A stretch of DNA of 64,000 nucleotides from Gammaproteobacteria bacterium (GCA_003235325.1 QJWQ01000080.1:1955-65954), one strand, 5' to 3'; counted from the first letter of the stretch, positions 26,662 to 37,770 are shown. Numbers and translations: made by a program. The notes: generated by a model from the letters alone, not told the origin.

Positions 26662-26721
26662 GACAGTCCTGGCAGTGGCAGTCCTGGCATTGGCAGTTCT
26701 GGCATTGGCAAGGTCCAGCGC
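26662..26721. repeat. 15-bp tandem repeat, ~4 copies, intergenic
   Basis: Units gacagtcctggcagt / ggcagtcctggcatt / ggcagttctggcatt / ggcaaggtccagcgc. It lies between the convergent thpR and the epimerase gene. Confidence 0.85.
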
Positions 26722-26736
26722 GACCGGCCACACAGT

Positions 26737-27651
26737 TCAGCGATTCAGCACCTGACGCAGAGCCGATTCCAGATCCGGATACTGGAAGGTGAAATGGGTT
26801 TGCAGGGCCTTGCGTGGATAGACTTTCTGGCCACTCAGCAACAGTTCCTCTGCCATTTCACCGAAAATCAGTTTCAGCATGAAGGCGGGCGCCGGCAGAA
26901 AAGCGGGGCGTCGCAGCACCTTGCCCAGGGTTTTGGCAAACTCCCGGTTGGTCACCACGCCGGGTGCCGTACCGTTAACCGGCCCGGACATATCCTTGCG
27001 ATTCAGACAGTGCAGAATCATCGCCACCAGGTCGTCCCGGTGGATCCAGGATACCCACTGTTTGCCGGACCCGATGGGACCGCCGAGACCGAACCTGAAC
27101 GGCGGCAGCATCGCCGCCAGGGCGCCGCCGTCGGGACCCAGCACCATACCGGTGCGCACCTTGCTGACCCGGGTCCCCAATGCCTGGAACCGGTCTGCCG
27201 CAGCCTCCCAGGCGGAACAGAGGTCGTGGGAGAAGCCCGGTGCAAAGTCACCCTTTTCGTCGAGAATATTGCTGCCCTGGGCGCCGTAGTAACCGATGGC
27301 CGATCCGTTTACCAGCACCTCGGGCGGTGTCTCTACCCGGGAAAAATAATCAAACAGAATTTCGGTGGTACCGACCCGGCTACTGAAGAACAGCTTTTTC
27401 CTCTCGGAACTCCAGCGTCCGGCGGCCAGGGGCTCACCCGCCAGGTTGACGATCACCTGTACGGCAATATCCGGAGCGAGTTGATCGAGACTGGCAATCA
27501 GTTTCAGGTCGCCGGCCGGCATATCCCGGGCCGACTCCGGATGGCGACTGAGCACGGAAACCCGGTACCCGGCATCCAGCAGGGCGCGACAAAGGGGCCT
27601 GCCGATAAAGCCGGTACCACCGGTGACCAGGGCGATGGGTTTGTCAGGCAC
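26737..27651 (-). CDS. TIGR01777/YfcH-type NAD-dependent epimerase family protein (SDR39U1-like)
   Basis: IALVTGGTGFIGRPLCRAL (Rossmann motif), ...GKQWVSWIHRDD..., and a C-terminal DUF1731-like tail. Confidence 0.85.
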   Translation of the reverse strand: MPDKPIALVTGGTGFIGRPLCRALLDAGYRVSVLSRHPESARDMPAGDLKLIASLDQLAPDIAVQVIVNLAGEPLAAGRWSSERKKLFFSSRVGTTEILFDYFSRVETPPEVLVNGSAIGYYGAQGSNILDEKGDFAPGFSHDLCSAWEAAADRFQALGTRVSKVRTGMVLGPDGGALAAMLPPFRFGLGGPIGSGKQWVSWIHRDDLVAMILHCLNRKDMSGPVNGTAPGVVTNREFAKTLGKVLRRPAFLPAPAFMLKLIFGEMAEELLLSGQKVYPRKALQTHFTFQYPDLESALRQVLNR

Positions 27652-27679
27652 GTCAGAGTCTCCGCATTGTTAACTGGCC

Positions 27680-29549
<1,870 letters not shown>

Positions 29550-29567
29550 CACCGGGTTTTCATTTGC

Positions 29568-30224
29568 CTAACCACAAACGACCCCGGTACCACCGAGACC
29601 ACAATATCCGCCGGGATTCTTGGCCAGGTATTGCTGGTGATAATCTTCAGCGTAGTAAAAAATGCCGCCATCGGCGATTTCCGTGGTGATTTCACCCAGG
29701 TGCTGGTCCCGCAATGCCTTCTGGTACCGGACCCTGCTGGCATCCGCTATCCGGCGCCGGTCTGCATTTTCACAGTAAATCACCGAGCGGTACTGGGTAC
29801 CGACATCATTGCCCTGGCGCATGCCCTGAGTGGGATTGTGGGACTCCCAGAACACCTTTAGCAGGTTGTCAAATGACACCTGGTTCGGGTCGTAGACCAC
29901 AAGAACGACCTCAGCGTGACCGGTTCGGCCGCTGCAGACTTCCTCATAGGAAGGATTGGGGGTGAACCCGCCTGAGTAACCCACCGCCGTGGTGAAGACC
30001 CCGGGCTGTTGCCAGAACCGGCGCTCGGCCCCCCAGAAGCAACCCATGCCCAGGACAATCTGTTCCATGGCGGCGGGAAAAGGGGGTTGCAGCGGATGTC
30101 GATTGACGAAATGCCGGTCTGCCACAGCCATGGCTTTGGCCCGCCCCGGCAGTGCTTCGCCGGGTTCCGGCAGACGGCTTTTAAATGGATTGCCAAAGGC
30201 ATTGGTAAAAGTATTCAGGACCAT
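29568..30224 (-). CDS. msrA: peptide-methionine (S)-S-oxide reductase
   Basis: [19 protein letters not shown] and YHQQYL motifs. Confidence 0.93.
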   Translation of the reverse strand: MVLNTFTNAFGNPFKSRLPEPGEALPGRAKAMAVADRHFVNRHPLQPPFPAAMEQIVLGMGCFWGAERRFWQQPGVFTTAVGYSGGFTPNPSYEEVCSGRTGHAEVVLVVYDPNQVSFDNLLKVFWESHNPTQGMRQGNDVGTQYRSVIYCENADRRRIADASRVRYQKALRDQHLGEITTEIADGGIFYYAEDYHQQYLAKNPGGYCGLGGTGVVCG

Positions 30225-30407
30225 ATCAGATACCTTGTTACTGGGCTTGGAAATGGGGTCAGAATGGAATATTGCCAGTATAGGCGCAATCTGCGCTGTT
30301 TTGCCGGGGAATTGAGGGCCATGGCCCTCCGCCGAATTAGCCCATGCCAGGATTTACATTTGCTACACTGAACCAAGGGTCTACTCAACGCAATCAACAG
30401 GATAGCG

Positions 30408-30893
30408 ATGACATTCACCAGGCACACCACCAGTCAGTTGATCACGGTAACCACCCTGTGGCTACTGTTATCCGGGCATACAGAAGCCCTGATATTGGGT
30501 CTTGGCTTCATTTCCGTGCTGTTGACATGCCTCATGGCAGCGCGGCTGGAGGTTGTCGACCACGAAAGTCAACCCACCGATATCAGCTACCGGCTGCCCG
30601 GCTACTGGTTATGGCTGGCAATGGAAATCGTCAAATCCAACCTGCTTGTCGCCCGTCATATTCTCCGACCAAGCATGAACATCAGCCCGTCCCTGGTTCG
30701 AATTGCCACCGGTTGTCGCTCCGACATCTGCCGCACCATTCTGGCCAATTCCATTACCCTGACGCCGGGAACAGTCGCTCTCAACGTCAAAGAGGATTTT
30801 ATTGAAGTCCATGCGCTGACACGGGAGATCGCTGAACACCTGCAGTCTGGGACCATGTCGGCGCGGGTTCCGGACCGGGGAGAACGAAACTGA
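30408..30893 (+). CDS. mrpE: Mrp/Mnh cation:proton antiporter subunit E
   Basis: 161 aa. LWLLLSG...EIVKSNLLVARHIL...ANSITLTPGTVAL...IEVHAL is the MnhE pattern. Confidence 0.85.
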   Translation: MTFTRHTTSQLITVTTLWLLLSGHTEALILGLGFISVLLTCLMAARLEVVDHESQPTDISYRLPGYWLWLAMEIVKSNLLVARHILRPSMNISPSLVRIATGCRSDICRTILANSITLTPGTVALNVKEDFIEVHALTREIAEHLQSGTMSARVPDRGERN

Positions 30894-31174
30894 TGCTGGC
30901 CGCTACCGCTGTCGCCATACTGGTCATCATGGCCCTGGCACTGGCCCGGGCCTTTGCCGGCCCGACCATCTACGACCGGGTTCTGGCTGTCAATATGTTC
31001 GGCTCCAAGACCGTACTGTTCATCTGTGTTATCAACGGTCTCTCCGGCGGCGGTAATTACCTGGACATCGCCCTGGTCTACGCGCTGATCAATTACATCG
31101 GGGTGATCGCCATGCTGAAATTCTATCGGCCGGATAGGGACGGCGCCGGCTGTGACAGCAGGGCGACGCCATGA
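30893..31174 (+). CDS. mrpF: Mrp antiporter subunit F
   Basis: 93 aa with GPTIYDRVLAVNMFGSKTVL. TGATG junction with mrpE. Confidence 0.85.
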   Translation: MLAATAVAILVIMALALARAFAGPTIYDRVLAVNMFGSKTVLFICVINGLSGGGNYLDIALVYALINYIGVIAMLKFYRPDRDGAGCDSRATP

Positions 31175-31488
31175 CGCTTGTCGACATTGTCAGCGGCATT
31201 TGCCTGGTGGGCGGCTGTGCTTTTGGCATTATCGGCGCCGTCGGGCTGCTGCGCTTTCCCGATTTCTACTCCCGCCTGCACGCGGCGGGTATCACCGATA
31301 CCCTATCCGCGGCACTGATTCTGGTCGGCCTCATGATCCAGGCGCCTTCTTTCACAACCGCGGCAAAACTGCTTCTGGTACTGGTTTTCCTGTTTTTCAC
31401 CTCGCCCACCGCCACCCATGCCCTGGCCAGGGTGGCCTTGCTGGGCGGCTTCCGCCCCCCCGTGACTGATCCCGACCGGCAACCATGA
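31171..31488 (+). CDS. mrpG: Mrp antiporter subunit G
   Basis: 105 aa with GAVGLLRFPDFYSRLHAAGITDTL. ATGA overlap with mrpF. Confidence 0.87.
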   Translation: MTLVDIVSGICLVGGCAFGIIGAVGLLRFPDFYSRLHAAGITDTLSAALILVGLMIQAPSFTTAAKLLLVLVFLFFTSPTATHALARVALLGGFRPPVTDPDRQP

Positions 31489-32075
31489 TTGAACACCTGC
31501 TGGTAGTTGTGCTTCTGGCCTTCCTGGCCGCCACGGCGATTGCCGTCATTCGACTGTCAAACCTTTATGCCGCGGTGATGCTGTTTGGCATCTACAGCCT
31601 GCTTTCGGCCAGCCTGTTCCTGGTTATGGATGCCCCCGACGTGGCATTTACCGAAGCCGCGGTCGGCGCCGGGATCGCCACGGTACTAATGCTGACCACC
31701 CTGTCCCTGGCCAGTGACCGGGAGAATGAAAAGCCGTTGCGAAGGGGCCAGCCCCTAAAACTGGTCGTGGTGGCAGTGACTGGCCTGGCACTGGCCTGGG
31801 GCACCCTTGACCTGCCGGGATACGGTGATCCTGATGCACCCGCCCACTCTCATGTCGCGCCCAGGTATATTGAGGACTCACCCCGGGCTATCGGCATCGA
31901 CAATATGGTCACATCGATTCTGGCCAGCTACCGGGGTTTCGATACCCTGGGCGAGGTGGCCGTGATTTTTACTGCCGGGCTCGGCGTCATGTTGTTGCTG
32001 GGCCGAACAATATCCAGTGGTAGCCGGAGCAAGTCCGGTGGGAGAAAGCACGGTGGGAGCAAGTCCGGTGACTAA
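31485..32075 (+). CDS. DUF4040/MnhB-related membrane protein (MbhD/E-like; corresponds to the C-terminal part of MrpA)
   Basis: 196 aa with three N-terminal TM segments (DUF4040-like), then ...NMVTSILASYRGFDTLGEVAVIF (MnhB-type motif). The C-terminal tail is Ser/Gly/Lys-rich. ATGA overlap with mrpG. Confidence 0.75.
   Translation: MIEHLLVVVLLAFLAATAIAVIRLSNLYAAVMLFGIYSLLSASLFLVMDAPDVAFTEAAVGAGIATVLMLTTLSLASDRENEKPLRRGQPLKLVVVAVTGLALAWGTLDLPGYGDPDAPAHSHVAPRYIEDSPRAIGIDNMVTSILASYRGFDTLGEVAVIFTAGLGVMLLLGRTISSGSRSKSGGRKHGGSKSGD
32026..32070. repeat. 15-bp tandem repeat x3 at the DUF4040-gene/mrpB junction
   Basis: Units ggagcaagtccggtg / ggagaaagcacggtg / ggagcaagtccggtg. They encode the GSKSGG-RKHGG-SKSG tail, and the last unit contains the GTG start proposed for mrpB. 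Confidence 0.85.
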
Positions 32076-32487
32076 TCAACCGGTATTGCGGGTTACCGCC
32101 AAGGTGCTGATCCCGTTGATCATGTTGTTCGCGCTCTACGTCCAGTTTCACGGTGACTTCAGTCCGGGCGGCGGCTTTCAGGCTGGCGTGATTTTTGGCT
32201 CGGCGGTGATTCTTTACGGGCTGGTCTTTGGCGAGCAACGGGCGGCCCGGGCGCTGCCCCCGGGATTGCTGCGCTGGTTGGCCTGTGGCGGTTTGCTCCT
32301 GTACGGCGGAGTCGGCCTGGCTTGCATCGCCAGTGGCGGCGCCTTTCTGGAGTACGGGATACTTACCGAAAACCCCGTCGATGGCCAGCACCTCGGCATC
32401 CTGCTGGTGGAGGTGGGAGTCGGCCTGACCGTGACCTCGGTGATGGTGACCATCTTTTCCGTATTTGCCGGCAGACGCCAAGCCTGA
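32068..32487 (+). CDS. mrpB: Mrp antiporter subunit B
   Basis: VTNQPVLRVTAKVLIPLIMLFALYVQFHGDFSPGGGFQAGVIFGSAVIL is the MnhB pattern (..GH..PGGGFQGG). GTG at 32068 is preferred over the ORF-track start at 32017, which lies inside the previous gene. Confidence 0.85.
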   Translation: MTNQPVLRVTAKVLIPLIMLFALYVQFHGDFSPGGGFQAGVIFGSAVILYGLVFGEQRAARALPPGLLRWLACGGLLLYGGVGLACIASGGAFLEYGILTENPVDGQHLGILLVEVGVGLTVTSVMVTIFSVFAGRRQA

Positions 32488-32495
32488 CAAAGCCC

Positions 32496-32855
32496 ATGGA
32501 CCCGATCTTGTTCGAGCGCTACCCCTACTGGATCGCAATACTGCTGATGATGATCGGCTTCTATACCCTCATCAGTCGCGGCAATCTGATCAAGCAGGTG
32601 GTCGGACTCAATATTTTTCAAACATCCGTCTTCATTCTCTACATCGGCCTCGGCAATGTCGAGGGAGGCGCCGCGCCGATACTGAGGGCTGGAACGGATG
32701 TCTATTCCAATCCCCTGCCCCATGTCCTGATTCTGACCTCCATTGTCGTCGGCATTGCCACCACGGCGCTGGCCCTGGGCCTGGTCGTGCGTATCAGGGA
32801 GGCATACGGCAGCATCGAGGAGGACGAGATTCGGGCCAAGGATGCCGACGGGTGA
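32496..32855 (+). CDS. mrpC: Mrp antiporter subunit C (NuoK-like)
   Basis: MDPILFERYPYWIAILLMMIGFYTLISRGNLIKQVVGLNIFQTSVFILYI..., 119 aa. The upstream part of ORF 32322-32855 is Arg/Gly/Pro junk. Confidence 0.87.
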   Translation: MDPILFERYPYWIAILLMMIGFYTLISRGNLIKQVVGLNIFQTSVFILYIGLGNVEGGAAPILRAGTDVYSNPLPHVLILTSIVVGIATTALALGLVVRIREAYGSIEEDEIRAKDADG

Positions 32856-34333
32856 CCGACCTGAATTCACTGGCGTTACTGGTGGTGATACCGCTGCTGT
32901 CGGCGCCGGTCTGCCTGCTGTTGCCCGGCGAGCGTCTGCCCTGGCTGCTGGCCACGACGGTCACCTGGCTGGTGCTGGTCCTGGCATTGATGCTGTCAGC
33001 CGGGATTCCGGAACAGGGCAGTCTCGATTATGCCATGGGGGGCTGGGCCCCACCCTGGGGTATCGAATACCGCCTTGATGCCTTCAATGGCTTTGTCGCT
33101 ATACTGGTCGCCACCATCGGCGCCCTGGTATTGCCCTATGCCGCGGCCAGTGTCGCCGCCGAGGTGGCGCCTTCGAAGCTACCCGGTTTTTATGCGGCCT
33201 TTCTCCTGCTACTGGCCGGCCTGCTGGGCACCACCATCACCGGCGACATCTTTAATCTGTTCGTCTTCCTGGAAATTTCGTCGCTGTCCTCCTACATCCT
33301 GGTCAGTCTCGCCGATCGCCGCCGGGCGCTGGTATCTGCCTACCAGTACCTGATACTGGGGACCATCGGCGCGACTTTCATACTGATAGGCACCGGCCTT
33401 GCCTACGCCATGACCGGCACCCTGAATATGGCCGACCTGGCTGCCCGCCTGCCGGCGGTAGCTGCTACCAGCACCGTCCATACTGCCTTTGCCTTTATTG
33501 CTATCGGCGTCAGCATCAAGCTGGCGCTGTTTCCCCTGCACCTCTGGTTGCCTAACGCCTATACCGAGGCGCCCTCGGCGGTCGCCGCCTTTCTCGCCGG
33601 CACCGCCACCAAGGTGGCTTTTTATGTGCTGACCCGCTTCATCTTCTCGGTTTTTGGCGCAGTCTTTGTCTTCAAGCTGACGCCGTTCGGCTGGGCCTTT
33701 ACCACCATGGCCCTGGCGGCCATTTGCCTGGGTTCCGTCGCCGCTATTTTCCAGGACAATGTCAAGCGTCTGCTGGCCTGGTCGAGCATAGCCCAGATCG
33801 GTTACACCGTACTGGGCCTGTCCATGGCCACGGTGGCGGGCCTGACCGCCGGGGTATTGCACCTGTTCAATCACGCCCTGATCAAGAGCGCCCTGTTCCT
33901 GGCCGCAGGCTGTATTTTTTACCGGCTCAAATCGGTAGACCTGGTTAGTATCACTGGCCTCGGTCGTCAAATGCCCTGGACCATGTCGGCCTTTACCCTG
34001 GCCGGTCTGAGCCTGATCGGCCTGCCACCCACAGCCGGCTTTATCAGCAAATGGTATCTCCTCACCGCCGCCCTGGAACGGGGCTGGTGGCCGGCGGCGA
34101 TCCTGATCCTGGTGACATCGCTGCTGGCCGCGGTCTACATCTGGCGGGTGGTGGAGTCCGCCTGGTTGAAACCTATTGCGATTGGCCGGGCGCCGGTCAC
34201 GGAAGCGCCACTGTCGATGCTGGTACCCACCTGGGCGCTGGTTTTGGCCAATATCTATTTTGGTCTCGATACCAGTTTTACCACCGGCCTGGCCGGCCGG
34301 GCGGCAGAAACCCTCATAGGCGGTTCCCGGTGA
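32852..34333 (+). CDS. mrpD: MrpD/NuoN-type proton-conducting antiporter-like subunit (copy 1)
   Basis: 493 aa from a GTG that overlaps the mrpC stop (GTGA). Highly hydrophobic, with FLEISSLSSYILVS..., LWLPNAYTEAPSAVAAFLAGTATKV and LLAWSSIAQIGY. Confidence 0.85.
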   Translation: MTDLNSLALLVVIPLLSAPVCLLLPGERLPWLLATTVTWLVLVLALMLSAGIPEQGSLDYAMGGWAPPWGIEYRLDAFNGFVAILVATIGALVLPYAAASVAAEVAPSKLPGFYAAFLLLLAGLLGTTITGDIFNLFVFLEISSLSSYILVSLADRRRALVSAYQYLILGTIGATFILIGTGLAYAMTGTLNMADLAARLPAVAATSTVHTAFAFIAIGVSIKLALFPLHLWLPNAYTEAPSAVAAFLAGTATKVAFYVLTRFIFSVFGAVFVFKLTPFGWAFTTMALAAICLGSVAAIFQDNVKRLLAWSSIAQIGYTVLGLSMATVAGLTAGVLHLFNHALIKSALFLAAGCIFYRLKSVDLVSITGLGRQMPWTMSAFTLAGLSLIGLPPTAGFISKWYLLTAALERGWWPAAILILVTSLLAAVYIWRVVESAWLKPIAIGRAPVTEAPLSMLVPTWALVLANIYFGLDTSFTTGLAGRAAETLIGGSR

Positions 34334-35784
34334 CCAGCGCCACCACACTGACGGCCAGCCTGCTGTTGCCACTGCTGGGTGCAATCCTGGTGGCGGCAAC
34401 GGGTCGCTGGCCCAATATTCGGGAAACCGCCACCCTGTCAACGGCTATCCTGCTCTTTGTTCTGGTCTGCTCCCTTTGGCCGTCGAGATTTGACGGCATC
34501 GATCAAATCGTACTTCTGGAGCCGGTGCCGGGGGGCACACTCGCCCTTCATCTGGAGCCCCTGGGAATGCTGTTCGCCCTGGTGGCCTCGTTTCTGTGGA
34601 TCATCACCTCCCTGTACGCCATCGGTTATATGCGCGCACAGGGCGAATCGAACCAGACCCGTTTCTACACCGCATTTGCCGTTGCCATGGCCGCAACCAT
34701 GGGGGTGGCTTTTGCCGCCAACCTGTTCACCCTGTTTGTTTTCTACGAGATTCTGACGCTGTCCACCTACCCGCTGGTGACCCACAGCGGCACCGAAAAG
34801 GCACGGCGGGCCGGCCGGGTTTACCTGGGCATCCTGCTGACCACCTCCACCCTTTTGCTGCTGCCGGCGGTGATCGCTACCTGGCTTTTTGCCGGCACTC
34901 TCGATTTTAAGGCCGGCGGCATTCTCCAGGGTCGGGTGTCGAACGCAGTGGCGGGGATGTTGCTGTTGTTGTATTTCTTCGGCATCGGCAAATCGGCGGC
35001 AATGCCCTTTCACCGCTGGCTGCCCGCCGCCATGGTGGCACCGACGCCGGTTAGCGCCCTGCTCCATGCGGTGGCGGTGGTCAAGGCGGGTGTATTCTCC
35101 ATGCTCAAAGTGACCACCTATGTCTTCGGCACCGACCTGCTGAGCGGGATCAGCATCAGCCAGTGGTTGATCTATGTCAGCCTGGCCACCATTCTGCTGG
35201 CCTCACTGGTGGCACTGCGTCAGGACAATCTGAAGCGGCGACTGGCCTATTCCACCATCAGTCAGCTGGGCTATATCCTCCTTGCCGGACAGCTGGGTAA
35301 TGCCACGGGGCTGATCGGTGGTGGCCTGCATATCGCCAATCATGCCTTTGGCAAGATAACCCTGTTCCTTGCCGCCGGCGCCATACTGGTAGCGACCCAC
35401 AAGACCGAGGTTTCCGCCATGAGCGGGCTGGGACGGCGAATGCCGCTCACATTCGCCTGTTTTCTGGTGGGCAGTCTCAGCGTCATCGGTCTGCCGCCCC
35501 TGGGCGGATTCTGGAGCAAATGGTACCTGCTGCTGGGCAGTCTGAGGGCGGAGCAGTGGCTGGCGATGCTGGTGTTGATTATCAGTTCCCTGCTCAATGT
35601 CGCCTATCTTCTGCCGGTCTCAGTCCGCGGTTTTTTTTCGGCGCCATTGGCGAGCGGCGATGAGACTTTCAATCCTGTGCCCTGGCCCTGTCGAATTGCC
35701 ATGGCGATTACGGCCTCCGGCTGCATTCTCCTGTTTCTGGCCGCCGGGCCCCTGGTGCGCCTGCTGGAAACCATCGGCCTCTGA
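34330..35784 (+). CDS. MrpD/NuoM-type antiporter-like subunit (copy 2)
   Basis: 484 aa with a GTGA overlap. FYEILTLSTYPLV, HRWLPAAMVAPTPVSALLHAVAVVKAGV and RLAYSTISQLGY. Confidence 0.85.
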   Translation: MTSATTLTASLLLPLLGAILVAATGRWPNIRETATLSTAILLFVLVCSLWPSRFDGIDQIVLLEPVPGGTLALHLEPLGMLFALVASFLWIITSLYAIGYMRAQGESNQTRFYTAFAVAMAATMGVAFAANLFTLFVFYEILTLSTYPLVTHSGTEKARRAGRVYLGILLTTSTLLLLPAVIATWLFAGTLDFKAGGILQGRVSNAVAGMLLLLYFFGIGKSAAMPFHRWLPAAMVAPTPVSALLHAVAVVKAGVFSMLKVTTYVFGTDLLSGISISQWLIYVSLATILLASLVALRQDNLKRRLAYSTISQLGYILLAGQLGNATGLIGGGLHIANHAFGKITLFLAAGAILVATHKTEVSAMSGLGRRMPLTFACFLVGSLSVIGLPPLGGFWSKWYLLLGSLRAEQWLAMLVLIISSLLNVAYLLPVSVRGFFSAPLASGDETFNPVPWPCRIAMAITASGCILLFLAAGPLVRLLETIGL

Positions 35785-35807
35785 GGCCACCGTCACGGAG
35801 CATCCAC

Positions 35808-36092
35808 ATGAGAGCAGATCACAACAACAAGCACCTGTTCGACGATCCTCAACGAGTGAGGAGGTTGCTGCGGTTTTTCTACGGCATCTGCACCCTGTTG
35901 CTGGCCGGTGATATTGTCCTGCACCGTCATGCCGTGCATCCCCTCGAGGCGATACCCATGTTCTATCCGGTCTTCGGTTTTGTCGCCTGTGTGACCCTGG
36001 TATTGGTGGCCAGGCGCTTGCGCACCCTGCTGAAGCGCCCGGAAAATTATTATGGCGCCGGCGACGAGGATGCTGCTGATGAGCCCGGCTGA
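35808..36092 (+). CDS. small two-TM membrane protein embedded in the mrp cluster
   Basis: 94 aa with two hydrophobic helices (FFYGICTLLLAGDIVL; MFYPVFGFVACVTLVLVA) and an acidic tail. Same strand, and its 3' end overlaps the next gene by 14 nt. Confidence 0.5.
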   Translation: MRADHNNKHLFDDPQRVRRLLRFFYGICTLLLAGDIVLHRHAVHPLEAIPMFYPVFGFVACVTLVLVARRLRTLLKRPENYYGAGDEDAADEPG

Positions 36093-37770
36093 ACTACCGC
36101 CCTGGCTATGGTTCTACGCCGCCGCGGTACTGGTCATTCCAGCCCGGGGGCCGGTTCGGGGCCTAATCGCCCTGTCGGCCCCGGTGCTCAGCGCCCTGTT
36201 GCTGACCGGGGTTGAACCCGGCATTTATTTCAATCTCCACATCCTTGATTATGAGTTGATACTGTTCCGGGCCGATCGACTCAGCCTGCTCTTTGTCTAC
36301 CTGTTCCATGTGGCGGCTTTTATCGCCATCCTGTATTCCCTGAGGGTGCGGGATACCCTGCAGCAGACCGCAGGACTGCTCTATGCCGGCAGCGCCATCG
36401 GCGCAGTCCTGGCGGGTGACCTGCTGACCCTGTTCCTGTTCTGGGAGTTGCTGGCCATTACCTCGGTGTTTCTGATCTGGGCCCGCCGCACACCCCGGGC
36501 CATCGCCAGTGGACAGCGCTACCTGATCATTCAGTTGCTTTCCGGACTGCTGCTCCTGGCCGGAGCCCTGTTTCAATGGCACGACACCGGGTCGCTTGCC
36601 TTTGACTATGTGGGACTCGATGGCGCAGCCGGTTGGCTGATATTTCTGGCCTTCGGTATCAAGTGCGGCTTTCCCCTGATGCACAACTGGATCACCGATG
36701 CCTATCCCGAAGCCACCGCCACCGGAGCCGTTTTTCTGGCCGCTTTTACCACCAAGGTCGCCATCTACGCCCTGGCCAGGGGCTTTCCGGGGGAAACGCC
36801 GCTGGTCTACATCGGCGCCCTGATGACCTGCTTTCCCATCTTCTATGCCGTGATCGAAAACGATTTGCGCCGGGTACTGGCCTACAGCATGATCAATCAA
36901 CTCGGTTTCATGGTTTGTGCCATTGGTGTCGGCACCACGCTCGCCCTCAACGGTGCGGTTGCCCACGCCTTTACCGATGTGATTTTCAAGGGCCTGTTGT
37001 TTATGTCCATGGGCGCAGTGCTGCAGATGACCGGGCGCATCAACGGCTCGGAACTGGGTGGGCTCTACAAAACCATGCCCAAAACGGCAACCCTTTGTAT
37101 TGTCGGCGCCGCGTCAATTTCGGCCTTTCCCCTGTTCAGCGGCTTCGTCAGTAAATCGATGATCATGAGCGCGGTATTGCAGGAAAATTACCAGTTGATC
37201 TGGCTGGTGCTGCTGTTCGCCTCCGCCGGTGTCTTTCACCACGCCGGAATCAAGATTCCCTACTTCGCCTTCTTTGCCCGGGATTCCGGTATCAGGACCG
37301 GTGAACCACCCGTCAACATGCTGGCGGCCATGGCAGTCGCCGCCCTTGGCTGCATCAGCATTGGTCTCTATCCGGCACTGTTATATGACCTTTTGCCATG
37401 GCCGCCGGACTACACACCGTACGATGTCAGTCATGTACTAGCGCAGTTGCAACTGCTTTTTTTCTCGGCCCTGGCATTTGTCTGGCTCAACCTTCAGGGT
37501 CTCTATCCCCCGGAACTGCGCGCCATCAACCTCGACGCCGACTGGATCTACCGCCGGCTGGGTCCGGGTCTGGCCAGGGCCATTGTCCGCATTTCAGGAA
37601 ACTGTACTGATGCCATCGCCATCCGGATTCGGCACCTGTGCGGCAGGTGGCTGGCCCTGGGGCAACGCCGGTTCGACAGCGACACCCTGAAAACCCTGCG
37701 TACCACCTCGACCATGCTGATCTGTGTGGCTCTGCTGCTGGTGGTTTTTGTTGTTTTTTCCGGGCCGTGA
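36079..37770 (+). CDS. MrpD/NuoL-type antiporter-like subunit (copy 3) with C-terminal extension
   Basis: 563 aa starting MSPAELPPWLWFYAAAVLVI... FLFWELLAITSVFLIW, HNWITDAYPEATATGAVFLAAFTTKV and VLAYSMINQLGF. The extra C-terminus has an amphipathic stretch and a final TM (MLICVALLLVVFVVF). Confidence 0.85.
   Translation: MSPAELPPWLWFYAAAVLVIPARGPVRGLIALSAPVLSALLLTGVEPGIYFNLHILDYELILFRADRLSLLFVYLFHVAAFIAILYSLRVRDTLQQTAGLLYAGSAIGAVLAGDLLTLFLFWELLAITSVFLIWARRTPRAIASGQRYLIIQLLSGLLLLAGALFQWHDTGSLAFDYVGLDGAAGWLIFLAFGIKCGFPLMHNWITDAYPEATATGAVFLAAFTTKVAIYALARGFPGETPLVYIGALMTCFPIFYAVIENDLRRVLAYSMINQLGFMVCAIGVGTTLALNGAVAHAFTDVIFKGLLFMSMGAVLQMTGRINGSELGGLYKTMPKTATLCIVGAASISAFPLFSGFVSKSMIMSAVLQENYQLIWLVLLFASAGVFHHAGIKIPYFAFFARDSGIRTGEPPVNMLAAMAVAALGCISIGLYPALLYDLLPWPPDYTPYDVSHVLAQLQLLFFSALAFVWLNLQGLYPPELRAINLDADWIYRRLGPGLARAIVRISGNCTDAIAIRIRHLCGRWLALGQRRFDSDTLKTLRTTSTMLICVALLLVVFVVFSGP

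Noticed and set aside
26580-26730. Short tandem repeats here, and at 61197-61238 and 32026-32070, checked as possible CRISPR arrays.
   Set aside because: The units are contiguous with no spacers, are only 14-15 bp long, and no cas genes are present.
32465-32851. Long N-terminal extensions in the ORF track for several genes: mrpD copy 1 (from 32465), mrpD copy 2 (from 34051), mrpC (from 32322), trpH (from 3118), cvpA (from 52306) and trpF (from 55952).
   Set aside because: The extensions overlap the preceding gene in another frame and are Arg/Pro/Gly-rich. Internal ATG/GTG codons that create ATGA/GTGA junctions or have SD sequences give products matching family N-termini.
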